Shown here: piece after piece, positions 19,930 through 31,700 of the stretch
Position numbering within the stretch: position 1 is the stretch's first letter
Layout: each line of letters starts with the position of its first letter
Assembly: GCA_039024555.1 (NCBI GenBank)
Contig: JBCCQQ010000029.1
Coordinates: 8,132 to 72,131, forward strand
Origin: Cyanobacteria bacterium P01_D01_bin.156
Lineage (GTDB): Bacteria > Cyanobacteriota > Cyanobacteriia > Phormidesmidales > Phormidesmidaceae
Direction of reading: 5' to 3'
Length of the DNA stretch: 64,000 nucleotides
Notes under the pieces: generated by a model
Seen by the model: the letters and a program-made list of their open reading frames with translations, nothing else
What the model was told of the DNA's origin: nothing
Database searches by the model: none
Made by a program: the position numbers and the translations under genes

Positions 19930-21897
19930 ATGAGCCAGAGTCTTTACGTTTCTACCCCGGTCATTGAAATCGAGGGGGCTGACCCTACATTAATGATGTC
20001 GTTTCGACGAGATGTGTTGCAGGTCTGTGTTGAAGAAAGTCTGGATTTGCCCAGTATGTTTACTCTGGTGATCAACAATCCCTACTTACCTCCTGACGAC
20101 GATACTAAAACCTGGCAGTATGAATCGCTGATCCAAATGGGGACAGTGGTAAAGTTAGGATTTATTGGAAGTACTACAGAAACAAAAGATAAGTCACCTT
20201 CCCAAGGAATTATCATGGTTGGGGAGATTACCGCTATCGAAACGCATTTTACTCGACAGACCCAGGCCCCGATCCTCATTCGAGGCTACGATATTTCCCA
20301 CCGATTACATCGTGGTCGCCACAATCGCTCTTTTCAGAATAAAACAGACAGCGACTTGGTAAAGCAACTAGCCGCTGAGGTGGGTATTGAAGCAACGGCC
20401 CAAACGGTAAAGCCTAGCGGTGACCCCCACGACTATTTGTTTCAAGAAAACCAAACGAATATGGAATTTTTGCGAGAACGAGCGGCTCGCATCGGGTTTG
20501 AGCTATTTGTTCAGGGGGAACAAATACACTTTCGTCCACCGACAGAAGGAGAGGTTCTGGCGCTGCAGTGGATGAAGGATTTAGAAACCTTTCGGGTACG
20601 CGTGGCCAGCGCAGAGCAGGTTAATGCTGTGGAAGTGCGGGGCTGGGATTACCGTCGTCAGGAAAATCAGGAGATTGTTGCTAGGGTGCCCCATGAGCAA
20701 ATACAGCAGACTCGATCTCAGTCCTCAAGCCTGGTTTCTCCTAATCGAGTATCAGGTGAGGTGATTACTGAAACCGTGTTTGGTGAAGGCGATCATACGG
20801 CCAAATTTGGTGATAATTCTCCTTCACCGGAGCTGTTAGTTGTCGATCGCCCAGTGTTTAGCAATACCGAAGCTGAACAGTTAGCGCAGGCACTCTGGCA
20901 AGAAGTGGGTGGAGAATTTATTCAGGCGGATGCCTATGCCGCAGGCAACCCCGCTATCCGGGTGGGCAAAGTGGTGGACTTGACCAATATGGGCCGCTAC
21001 AGCGGACGCTACTACATCACTGAAGTGCGACACATCTATCAAGATGGCAAGTATGCTACGGAATTTTGTGTGCGAGGGCTGCGGGGCGGTACCTTGCTAA
21101 ACCTATTGCAGGGTCAACAGTCTTTGCGCCCTAGTCAAACACTGATGGTGGGCATTGTGACCCACAACCACGATCCCGAAGGGCTAGGACGGGTACGGGT
21201 ACGATTTCCCACCCTGACTCCAGAGCGGGATGGTAGTGCCCATTCTAGTAATTGGGCCAGAATTGTTGCTGTTGGGGCCGGGGAAGACCGTGGGTTTGAT
21301 TGGGTTCCTGAAATTAACGATGAAGTGTTACTGGGATTTGAACATGGCGATATCCGCCGCCCTTATGTGTTGGGTGGTCTCTGGAATGGTAAGAATAAAC
21401 GCCCTGAAACGGTGGAAGATACCGTGCCTAAAGAGGGGGCCAATCGCGGTAAAGTTCGGTTGCGTACCCTGACAACCCGTACCGGGCATAGCCTTCAGTT
21501 TGTTGAGGAGGACGAAGGTCAAACTAAAGCAGGAGTTACCCTGACCACTAGTCAAGGGCATCAATTAGCCCTTAACGATAGCGATCGCACCGCTAGTTTG
21601 ACGACGGCCAATCAGCACACCATTACCCTGGATGACCAGCATCAAAACATTGTGTTAAAGACTGCCAGTGGTCAAGAAATTCAGCTGAATGATAGCTCGG
21701 GAACCATCACCATTAATGCCAATCGGAACATTACTCTCCAGGCGAAGGGTGGAATTACCTTGAGTCCGGGGATGGGTCAGGTGAGTGTACCCGGTATTGT
21801 GCGCTGTCAAGGTCTATTGACCGGCTCGGTGCTGATTCAAGGAGGGGGAGCGGCCCTAGATGTAGCGCAAGCGTTGGCACCTAAAAGAAGAGATTAA
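19930..21897 (+). CDS. vgrG: VgrG-like spike/hub protein (Afp8-like)
   Basis: gp27-like hub (QENQTNMEFLRERAARIG), gp5 OB fold (DPEGLGRVRVRFP...WAR....AG..RG..WVPEINDEVLLGFEHGD..RPYVLGGLWNG) and C-terminal beta-repeats. Confidence 0.92.
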   Translation: MSQSLYVSTPVIEIEGADPTLMMSFRRDVLQVCVEESLDLPSMFTLVINNPYLPPDDDTKTWQYESLIQMGTVVKLGFIGSTTETKDKSPSQGIIMVGEITAIETHFTRQTQAPILIRGYDISHRLHRGRHNRSFQNKTDSDLVKQLAAEVGIEATAQTVKPSGDPHDYLFQENQTNMEFLRERAARIGFELFVQGEQIHFRPPTEGEVLALQWMKDLETFRVRVASAEQVNAVEVRGWDYRRQENQEIVARVPHEQIQQTRSQSSSLVSPNRVSGEVITETVFGEGDHTAKFGDNSPSPELLVVDRPVFSNTEAEQLAQALWQEVGGEFIQADAYAAGNPAIRVGKVVDLTNMGRYSGRYYITEVRHIYQDGKYATEFCVRGLRGGTLLNLLQGQQSLRPSQTLMVGIVTHNHDPEGLGRVRVRFPTLTPERDGSAHSSNWARIVAVGAGEDRGFDWVPEINDEVLLGFEHGDIRRPYVLGGLWNGKNKRPETVEDTVPKEGANRGKVRLRTLTTRTGHSLQFVEEDEGQTKAGVTLTTSQGHQLALNDSDRTASLTTANQHTITLDDQHQNIVLKTASGQEIQLNDSSGTITINANRNITLQAKGGITLSPGMGQVSVPGIVRCQGLLTGSVLIQGGGAALDVAQALAPKRRD

Positions 21898-21906
21898 AAA
21901 CAATTT

Positions 21907-24429
21907 TTAAGGTGCAGGCTTAACCAGTGACGACTGTATTTGTAAAGGGCGCAACGGCACCAGTCCTGTTTTACTCAAAAGTTGTTGCCCTTCATCTGTG
22001 GTCATCATCTGAATAAAGCTGGGGGCAACAGGGGTACGACTGTTGTCAACCTGATGGTGCACGGCAATCGGGTAGGCCAGTGGGTACGTTTGGTTAGCAA
22101 ATAGGTCCTGTTGGGGTTTATAGTTACCCTTATCGCCACAGAGATCATCTGCAGGGGTAAGGGGGCTTTGATCTGGATAGGCTAATGGTTGAATTGCGGT
22201 GCTACTGTCGCTAGCAATGGCTAAAGGATACACCGAGCACTGACCGTACACCTGACTGAGGTTGGCAAATCCGATGCTACCAATCTGGGGCTGATTTTCA
22301 AAGTCTTGTAATACGCTTCGGAGAATGTCTAGGGTGGGTAATGTTTCGCCATTGATTAGGTCCGATGCTGTAAACCCTTGGGTTACAGTGCCGCTTACTG
22401 TAGTAGATTCTAATCCCCACTGTCGTCGAAATGTTGCGATCGCAGCCGGGGTTTGCAGCACCCGTTCTTCAAATAGTTGAATTAACGCAGGCTGCTCCGG
22501 CAAATATAGTTTGACCGGTAGATCCGGGCCTCCCAGTTCTTGCCAATTGAGAATTTCCCCTGTGTAGAGCTGACGGAGCTGAGTTAGGCTAATTTGTCCT
22601 TGCAAATGGTGGGGCAAGCCGCGAGCCCGTTCCACATAGCTAAAGGCCACAAATACAGCCAGACCATCATAGGCAATCGGCTCAGCCAGTAGTGACCGCT
22701 CAGCGGTGAGGGGAGTAACGGCAAAAGCTGCTTTTCCTTGTTCAACTTGTTCAATCGCTGTTTGGCTGGATGCGGTTAGATGTAGCTGCAAGTCCAGAGC
22801 CGGTTCAATAGTTTCTACTATCTGTTCTAGACTTTGATCGGCACTCACCAGATTCTGACTAGTCCACAGTGAATGCCAGCTGTTGGATGCCGTGTAGGTA
22901 AATTCACCCGGGGGAATAGCCGGGACCTCTGCCATGCAGCAGAGGGGGAGGACGGCTTTAGAAACAGGTCGACGGCGCAACCACCACCAGCTGAATAATG
23001 AGCCGGTTGCTAGCAGTCCGAGGCCCCCTAGCAGTAGCCAGATTAACCACCTAGGGAACCGATGACTCGGACTCTCTTCAGCTAAAGATGGGACGGGGAT
23101 GGCTGTGGAATCAACTGGGGGTGTGGGTAGACGCAGTAGGGATTGTCGGGCCGTTTCTGCACTGTCGAAGGGAACATCTTCGAGTCCTAACAGCTGTTTA
23201 AGATAGGCTTCTAGTGGTGGATCTTGCCCTGGCCACAGATGTGGATTTTGTGGTTTTAGGGCACGACCGTAGATATCTATCCATTTTCCCCGTAGTAAAT
23301 AAAAGCCCACAGTGCCTACGGCATTTAGATCATCCATCACCTGAGAGACTTTGGCAGGAGCAGGCGGGGGCACGAACAAACTTTCCCACAGCCCTAAATC
23401 TCGCAAAAATACTAATAGCTGAGGTGTTTCATAATAGGTCGCTGCCTCCGGCTGCATCACCAGGCTATCCAGGGTGATATTACCGTGAACCAGTCCGGTC
23501 TGAATTTGTCCTGTTTGTAGGGCGTACTTTTGTCCGTGGAGAGATTCGAGAGTTTGTAAGATTTGATTGAGAATTTGTCGCACCTGCTGAGACGTAAAGG
23601 CTCCCTGCTGGGTCAGTACCGTGCGTAAGGTGGGGTAAGTATCTATGCCATCGACCGTAATCAGATAGCATCGTTCTGACGCTTGGCGGTCGCCAATTAT
23701 ATCCCAGGGTTCAACCAGACGAAAGTCTTGCTCTCTGCCGTCTGCTAGCTTTAACCCTGCAATGGTAGCAAAGGTTTCATGAATGAGTCGCTGTTCTGTA
23801 GGATTAAAGTGTTTTTCTGGGAGCAAATATTCCCGGAGAATAACGGGTTGTCGCCGAGTCAGGTCCTGGGCCTTGTAAAGTCGTCCCCGACCCCGCTGTC
23901 CTAAAAATTCTCCTACACGATAGCGCCCCCGCTGTCCTCGAATCTCAGCGTCGATAGCAAGCAAGCTAGGAAAGTCGCACTGCTGACAACGGTTAGTGTC
24001 TATAGTCTCGGTGGTAGAGGGCTGCACCAGATGTGAACAGGCCAGTGGGTGCTCAGTACAGCGATATCGAGAATAGGGAGACTGTGGTGTTTCGGGACGT
24101 ATAATCTGGTCGTCGGTGGATGCTAGGGCTTTCGGAGGAGCATCGATGACGGGTTGCCGGGACTGCCATAAACGCTTAATGTCTTCCCGCACAAATGGCA
24201 GCACCATAAGCATGGGGGTGGGCAACAATCGCAACAGACGAAAAAGGATGCTGGTGCGAAGCATGCCTACTTGCTGTTCAGCACGACTTTTCCCCATTTG
24301 TTGTAAAGTCTCTAGGGTATTGGGTCTAGTGGCATCAGCTGATGGGTGCTCCTCTGGGGGCGCTGTCGTGGTTTTAGTGAGTTGATTACGGGAAATTGAC
24401 GCCAGTAGGCGCGAAGGCAGACGAGGCAT
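21907..24429 (-). CDS. Membrane Ser/Thr pseudokinase fused to a PstS-like (PBP) substrate-binding domain
   Basis: Cys cluster, kinase-fold motifs LGQRGRGRLY / VILRE / HGNITLDS / DLG, TM helix WLIWLLLGGLGLLATGSLFSWWW, then IAYDGLAVFV...LRQLYTGEILNWQELGGPDLPV...YPLAYPI (PBP). Start codon uncertain. Confidence 0.8.
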   Translation of the reverse strand: MPRLPSRLLASISRNQLTKTTTAPPEEHPSADATRPNTLETLQQMGKSRAEQQVGMLRTSILFRLLRLLPTPMLMVLPFVREDIKRLWQSRQPVIDAPPKALASTDDQIIRPETPQSPYSRYRCTEHPLACSHLVQPSTTETIDTNRCQQCDFPSLLAIDAEIRGQRGRYRVGEFLGQRGRGRLYKAQDLTRRQPVILREYLLPEKHFNPTEQRLIHETFATIAGLKLADGREQDFRLVEPWDIIGDRQASERCYLITVDGIDTYPTLRTVLTQQGAFTSQQVRQILNQILQTLESLHGQKYALQTGQIQTGLVHGNITLDSLVMQPEAATYYETPQLLVFLRDLGLWESLFVPPPAPAKVSQVMDDLNAVGTVGFYLLRGKWIDIYGRALKPQNPHLWPGQDPPLEAYLKQLLGLEDVPFDSAETARQSLLRLPTPPVDSTAIPVPSLAEESPSHRFPRWLIWLLLGGLGLLATGSLFSWWWLRRRPVSKAVLPLCCMAEVPAIPPGEFTYTASNSWHSLWTSQNLVSADQSLEQIVETIEPALDLQLHLTASSQTAIEQVEQGKAAFAVTPLTAERSLLAEPIAYDGLAVFVAFSYVERARGLPHHLQGQISLTQLRQLYTGEILNWQELGGPDLPVKLYLPEQPALIQLFEERVLQTPAAIATFRRQWGLESTTVSGTVTQGFTASDLINGETLPTLDILRSVLQDFENQPQIGSIGFANLSQVYGQCSVYPLAIASDSSTAIQPLAYPDQSPLTPADDLCGDKGNYKPQQDLFANQTYPLAYPIAVHHQVDNSRTPVAPSFIQMMTTDEGQQLLSKTGLVPLRPLQIQSSLVKPAP

Positions 24430-24490
24430 CAGCTCTCTCCTGGCAGGGATAAAACAAGTATCGAGATGTTAGAAAAACGAGCCGAGCGGC

Positions 24491-25780
24491 TTAGGGCCGT
24501 TCATGGTTGTTATCTTCCAGATCAGCAACGGCCGCTTCTGGACTTTTACCGTCTTCTAGAATGCTGATAATTCCTGGCAGATAAAGATCTAAGGTATGCA
24601 CATTGAGATAAACTAAATTCTTAACTAGAGCATGGGTGAGGCGGTCTCCTTCTGCATCCAAACTGGTTTTATAACGAATTTCTCCAGTTTTATAGTTAAG
24701 TTCAAAATTACCAATAATCAGACCACTGTTGGCCCGCATTAAAAATTCAGCAATTGGACCATAGTTTTCGGCTGGGATTATTAGGGGACAAATCGAGTAA
24801 AAGACGACCTGCTCAGCGTCATTGTCACACTGGGCTAAACAGGTCCAACGGCCAGCATCTCCTTGAAAGGCCAGTTGGAGAATCTGGGAGTCGGGTAGCT
24901 GCACATAGGCCCAGTCGTCCATATCAAAAAACTGTTTGACGACGTCGGAAATGATGGGTGCCTTTGAGGAGTTGGCCGCAACGTCTGCGATCGCAGTTTC
25001 CCAGTCCACTTGTTCTAAGGCTGCCACCAGCTGATCGGATAGGTGCGACAGGCTGCTTTGTAATTGAGGTAATTCAGCGTCGATTTCTGTTTGAACAGCG
25101 GTTTTGGCTTTGTTTAATAAGGTGCTCAACTGTTCTAGGGCGTCACTGCCAGAGTTGATCAGGGGTTCGGTAATCTGGGGCGTTGTATACGCCCATAGAG
25201 TAGTATAGCCAACAGTCTCTTCCCCCTGCTGCTGTCGTACCGAGCGACAGTACCAATTTTCCATGTAGCACCAGGGTGAAATGCTGTCTGTGGCATCAGG
25301 ATTGGCAGCTGTCGTTGCCGATACTAAAGCCTGCAGTAGCTGTTCGGTTGGTTCGGTAGTTGCCGGTGAGTCTAAAACTGCTAGGAGCTGGGTTAATACC
25401 GGCTTAACAGGGGCTTCTGAATTAGCGGATTCTAGGACCGCTGATGACAACAGTTGGCTATCTAATCCAAGTTCTAAACTAATGGCGGTATCCGCTTGCA
25501 ACGTTAGCGACTGCAGTGGCCCCCGAACTTCTGGTCGCAGGTGAAACAGTCCCTGTTCTAGAATTTGTTCGTACTGTTCTAGGGAAACTGTAACTGTCAG
25601 GTAACAGTCGGTAATTTTTTGCTGACTGTCTTTCACACTGGTCAGCTGCACTGCCGTGACCATGAATTTGCTGACTGGCTCTGCTGTTGTACTCCACAGA
25701 CGTAATGGACAGTTGAGAGGCAGCGTGTGAACGCTATCAGCAGTTAGGGGGGACTGGGTCACGGTGGCAGTTGGCATCAT
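24491..25780 (-). CDS. Protein with C-terminal YbjN (T3SS-chaperone-like) domain
   Basis: VVFYSICP......IAEFLMRANSGLIIGNFELNYKTGEIRYKTS is YbjN-like; lies directly downstream of the 2375-aa DUF4157 gene. Confidence 0.8.
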   Translation of the reverse strand: MMPTATVTQSPLTADSVHTLPLNCPLRLWSTTAEPVSKFMVTAVQLTSVKDSQQKITDCYLTVTVSLEQYEQILEQGLFHLRPEVRGPLQSLTLQADTAISLELGLDSQLLSSAVLESANSEAPVKPVLTQLLAVLDSPATTEPTEQLLQALVSATTAANPDATDSISPWCYMENWYCRSVRQQQGEETVGYTTLWAYTTPQITEPLINSGSDALEQLSTLLNKAKTAVQTEIDAELPQLQSSLSHLSDQLVAALEQVDWETAIADVAANSSKAPIISDVVKQFFDMDDWAYVQLPDSQILQLAFQGDAGRWTCLAQCDNDAEQVVFYSICPLIIPAENYGPIAEFLMRANSGLIIGNFELNYKTGEIRYKTSLDAEGDRLTHALVKNLVYLNVHTLDLYLPGIISILEDGKSPEAAVADLEDNNHERP

Positions 25781-25794
25781 ACATATCCCATAGA

Positions 25795-28700
25795 TTATTG
25801 CTTTTGGGCTTGAGGTGTGGCTCGAATAATGACATCAATGGTTTCTGGATTCAGACGACGCACTTTCGAACTAACTTTCATTTTGCGGTCTTGAGCTTGG
25901 TCTATTTTGTCAACAGACTTAGCCGTTTTGTCAGTAGACGAAGGTGTGACTTTATCCGGTGTAGGCGTATCCGCAACAGGTTCTTTGGTGGGAGTGGCCG
26001 TATCGGTTTTGTGATCAGTGGTTGGATCAGCTGCCTTGACTGAAGTCTTCGGTGGGGGAGCATCGGCTGCTGTTATTGGCTTCGCTGTGTCGGTCTGGGT
26101 AGATTTGCTAGCCGTGGGGTTGTTGACGTTATCGGTAACCTTGGCGGCTCCTTTACGGGCTGCACCCCCTAAACGCTTTAGAAAACTAGCGATTTTGCTG
26201 GCGCGTATAAACTTGGCCCGACCGTTAATCTTGACAATGTATTGAAATGAGTCTCCTACCTCTGCATAGGTTACGAGCTTTACAAGCTGCATTTCAAACA
26301 TGACCCGTACTTTGTCCAGCTTGCGAGCAACGGTATCCGGATCGGGATCTTGGTTGACGATATCTTGAATGACTTTAACAATATCGTTTACCAAGCTAGG
26401 GGGGAGAGCCTCTTCTGGAGTTTCTTCCTCCTCAGACATTTGGGTGTCTTCTTCTGGAGGGGCTTCCTCTTCTTCTTCTTGTTTTTCTTCGATTCTGACG
26501 TTCACGGTGAGCTTAGAATCTTTATCGGTAATCCGCGATCGCACCGTCACATCTTCTTCTTTTTTGCCACCTCCCGATAGCAGTCCACTGGCCGCTGCTC
26601 CAGCCGCTGCCCCAGCTGCTACTGCAGTCAAATTTCCTGCTTCAGGCGTGCTTTCTCCGGTGTTTTCTGCATCCCGCTGGATCCACAAACCCAGCCCCGA
26701 TCTATCAGCGACTCGCTGTACCGGTGGAGGTGTTGCCTCTGGACGGGAGACACGCTGCCCCACGGCTGGCTGGTCGCCCGATTGCTGAATCACATGGGTG
26801 AGTTCGTGGGCCAGCAAGTGTTGACCACTATCAGTCTCTGGAGCATAGGTGCCCCGTCGGAAAAAGATATCCCGCCCGGTGGTAAATGCCTTGGCCTGTA
26901 TGGCACGGCTAAGGCGATCTCCTTCGTTCCCAGTGTGTATACGTACAGGGCTGAAGTCCGTGGCAAACGCATCTTCTAACGGTGCCCTAACGGCTGAGGA
27001 AAGGGTCTGGCCCCGTCCCTCAGACCGCTGAATATCGGTTTCGAGGGTGGGTTGGATAATGTGTTGTGGCTGGGCAGGAGCGGCGGCAACTTTTTGGGCC
27101 GATTTATTGTTCTTTTTATCGACTTCTCCGCTAATTTTGTACCGACTGCCGTCGCGCTTAGTCTTGGTAACGGTGAGGGCCTTCAGCTTGTACTGTTTTT
27201 TCAGTTGTTTGGCATATTTTTTAATCTTTTTGAAGTCGGCATTGCGTTTGATTCTACCTTTGAGTTTATCGCGAACCTTTTTGAGAACCTTATCCTTTTC
27301 GACCAGTTTTGCTTCTACCGTAAAGTCACCTTTCTTTTTAGTGGCCTTAAGTTTTTTCTTTTTGACGGCAACGTCATTATTCTCATCTTTCCAATCACCC
27401 TGATTGGATTTACGCTGGGCCACACCCACCTGATGTCCTGAACGCTGTTGCTGTACATGGGTGAGCTCGTGGGCCAGTAAATGTTTTCCCTGGGGAGTAT
27501 CGGGCTGGTAATGCCCCTGCCGGAAAAAGATATCTTGATTGACGGTGAATGCCTGGGCATTCATGGCTCGGCTCAAGCGGTCACCTTCCGCATCGTGGTG
27601 GATGCGTACACCCGAGAAATCAGCCGTGCCGAAGGCATCTTCCATGGAGGACTGCACCGGGTCAGATAGCTGATTTCCCTGCCCTGATAAGCGTTGGACA
27701 TGCTCTTCTACGGAAGCTGAATCATGGGGGACTGCGGTTACCCCAGGCAAAGGTTTTCTGCGGGCCTTGGTTCCTTTACCCTTTTTATCCGGTTTGGCAG
27801 TGGCTTTGCCAATAACCTGGTATTTCTTGTTGCCTTTTTTCTTTAATGTTAAAGAATCCAGATCGCGTTTTTTCTTGATACTCGACAACTTGCCTTTGAC
27901 CTTATCTGGATCCCGTTTGTCATCTGCCAGGTTGCGGACATCTGTAACAGCAGCCTTTAACTGCTTCTTTAGATTACTTTTAGGGTTGTTTTTTTTATCC
28001 TTGTCTTTATCCTTTTTCTTCTTAGGATCCTTGTCATCATCGTCATCGTCTTTTTTCTTCTTTTTAGGATCCTGCTTATCATCGTCCTTTTTCTTTTTAG
28101 GATCCTTGTCATCATCGTCATCCTTCTTTTTCTTAGGATCTTGGCTATCATCATCGTCATCATCATTATTTTTCTTCTTATTGGAGTCTTGGTTGCTCTT
28201 GTTAGAATCTTTTTCTGCTGTGGACTTATCTTGGGAGTTAGTTTTACCTTTATTGGTATCGTTTGCCTGGCCAGTTGGTTTGGACGATTGCTGGTTAGTG
28301 GAATCCTTATTCGCAGGCTGACTTGAGTTCTTAGATGAAGCAGGAGTACTGCTATTTTTTTGCTCCGGTGGCTTGTCATTGGCCTTATTTTGCTCGGATG
28401 ACTTGTCATCATCATCGTCTTTATTCTTCTTCTTATTGCGTTTTTTCCCAGATTTACTAGCTGCCTTATCGGCTAATCCCGATACTCCACCTTCAATGGC
28501 CCCCACTGGATCAAGCAGCATACCCAGTTTCTCAAAGATTCCGCCTAATCCTTTATCAACAGGGGTGCGTAATTTCTCAACAACGTTACCAATTTTATTT
28601 GGAATGCCTCCCAGCCCCAGGAGGCTAGCAAAGAAACCAAGGGCGAGGGGGATGATTTTTGCCAGGGCTAATTCAACCGCCTGGGCTACCGGTTGCCAAG

Positions 28701-31700
28701 TTTTGGAAACAACAGCTGAGAAAACCGCCCCAATGGATTTTAGAACCTCGAAAATCATGTCTTTGTTGTTGATCAAAAAGATCACCACATCAACAATCAT
28801 TTTGACGATTTTGGCAATGCCGGACGCTGGGTTCATTAATCCAATAATGTATTGAATGCCTGCGATCGCAATCTCTGGAATAACAACCTGGGTCACAATC
28901 ATGGTGATAAACTCACCCTTGAGGCTAGAAAATACATCCTTGATGAAATCCCAGATAGCCATAAAGCCTTTTTTCGGAAAATCACCAATGGCCTGGAAAA
29001 AGCTCATCACATACTGGGGGACACCTAGGTCTTTCAAAGTCTCCGTTAAATTAGATAAAGCACTCAAACCCTGATCGAGCAGCATCCGTAGCAGCTCAAC
29101 CGCCCAATCTGGCATCAGACTGGCGGCTAATTCAAAAATGGCATCCTTGGTTAGCCCCAAAATTTGGAGCAAAATATCGATAACCCCCTGTAAATCGAAC
29201 TTATCTGGAAACTTAATTTGAATGCCGCTACCCAGTAACCATTCAAAAAAGCCATTAATAACGTGCTTGAGAATGTTGTTGCCAAATTTTTTGAAGCCTT
29301 CACCAATGCCCGTGAAGAGCGTGTTCATTACTCCACCAGGATCATCCACAAAGGCATCTAAAAACGCATTAACATGGGAACCAATGCCAGGAATCAGGGA
29401 AATGGGCGGCTTCAAAATGTTCAAAACCTGCCGCAAAATCCATTTGCCAATTTCCGCTAGGGCGCTAGCAATTTTGCTCACCAAACTGGCATTGGCGGCC
29501 TTCAGTTCTTCAATGCGTTCATTAACTTCTTTTAGGGACGCTTCATACTTCGCCTTAAGATCGTCAACCAGGGAGTTTTGTTTATCTCGAATGGTCTGTT
29601 CTAGGCCGTCAAACTGTGCTTGGACCGTTGCTGCAGCATCTAGGCCAATGGAGCGGAGATCATCGGGTAGTGCTGCCACATATTCTTGTACCCGCTGGCG
29701 GCCACGATCCACTTCGGCTTTAGCATTGGTTAGCTCTTCTTCAACAATATCGGCAATGCGATGGACACCTTGGCGTTGAACATTTAGGTAATCCTCTTTG
29801 GCAATCTCATAGATATTGTTAACCTCATCGGGGAGGCCGGTAAATACCTTATTCACTAACCAAAGGGGAGTATTAAAAATTGGCTTCATATAGAAGCGAA
29901 TTTTTATATATGCCCAGCCAGCTTTGATTTCTATCCAGGGGATATACATCGGGTTGCGCACCCGATAGTATTGGTGTTTCCAATTCTCAAACAGCTGCTT
30001 TTGTCGGCGTTCAAAGACAGCCTTGGCTCGTCTATCGGTCGCTGCAAATTCATCATTGACCCGCTGATCCATCCGGGTCAGAGTGCCGTTGACATTGCCT
30101 TTAGTCTCATCGTAGATGGCTTGAATTTCTTGGGAAACGCGGGTCCGTTCACTTTCGTCTGTGGTTTGACTTTCTTGCTGGCTCTCCTGTACCCCTAGCA
30201 TTTCTTCCATGCGGGTGGCAAACATATCGTCGTTGCCTGCCGCAATAGTATCGGTCTGGGATTTTTCAGTATCTGCTTGTACAGAGGCTTCTGTTTGGCG
30301 AAATTTTTGCTGAGCGCCACCACCAAAATGTTGTTTGCCCTCCTCCAGGGCTCCGGTGGCATCTACACCGGCATCCTTCTCGTAGGACTTCAGACGATTC
30401 TCGTCTAACGGGACTGGGTTATCTTTTTGCGTGGGAGTTTCCGCCTCCACTATGGCCTGGCGCTGCAAAAACAGCCCTGGCAGCAGTTGAATATCTGGCA
30501 GCTGAGTAACCTGGGGCTGACGCTGGACCTCTTGGCCGTTCTCGGTTTCAGTCTGTACTGCCGGGTCAGTTGCTGTTTCAGGTTGAGGGGTAGCAGGGAC
30601 TTGTTTATTGTGCTTGGCGGGTTCAGTTGCCAGTTTGGGAGTGTTCATCGCCATGACGGTATCCGCCATGTGATCGGCTTCCTGCTCAAATTTATCCCCC
30701 GGTGCGCCAACCATAAGTTTGGCCTGTATGGGGGGGAGGTCCTTCTTATTCTTGGGAACTAAATTTTCAAGCGCCTGCTGAGTTTCTTGCAGGGGTTTTT
30801 CCACCTCTTCTTCGGTGCGAGGTTTTGGCGTGGCTGCGGTTGCATTAATGGACTCATCCGGTGGTTTTTCACCAGCTTCTTCGACGGCTTCAGGAGCTTG
30901 CGTAACCGGTTTAGGGTCTTCACTAGCTGGGTCCGGGGCGCGGGTGGCTGACTCTTTTAATTCACCTTCCGACTTGGACTTGGCTTTATTGACTTCGGCG
31001 GTAACTTTCTCCGAAGAGCCATCCATGCCCTTGCCTTCTTCAATATCCTTTTGGGATTTTGGTTTATTCGATTCTAGGACTGAGAGAAGGGCAGATACGA
31101 AGGATTCTCGATCAAATAGCTGAGGCTTTTTCCCGGCAGCTTCCTCCGATTGGGTCGCTTGGGCACGACGGCTTTGCTGCGCCGGGTCGTTGACGGCATC
31201 TTGCGCTTCGCGGGCTTTATCAACCGCTGGTTTATGGGTGGATTGTTGGGCTGCAACGTGCTCACTTTGATCGACAACGGCGGCAAAGGCCGGGTCTTCA
31301 TCCGGTGAGCTGGGGGCCTTGGTACCGCTAAAATCAGGGGCTTCGACTAGCCCTGGATCGGGTAGGTGCTCTGGAGTGCCAATGGGTGTAAGTTCAGGGC
31401 TGACCTCCCCGGATTCAGCTGAGCCATCGGCACCTTCTGGCTGTTCTTCGGCAGCGGCTTCTTCACCGTTATTTTCTGCTTCGGCCTCTTCTGATTTTTT
31501 TTGCTGGGTTTCTTTTTCCTCTAGGGCCTTTTGCTCTGCCTGACCAACATCGCTTTGTTGTTTTTGAGTCTCCTTTTCACCAGTGTTTTCACCCTCATCC
31601 TGAGCTTTCTTAGCTTCATTCTCACTTTTGTTCTTTAAATCCTCGGCGGCCTCTTCAGCTTTGTCTTCATCGCTGGCATTGCCTAATTTGCTTTTGGCCT

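Noticed and set aside
28011..28170. Short repeats as a possible CRISPR-like or non-coding array
   Set aside because: No unique spacers; they are in-frame codon repeats for Lys and Asp runs.
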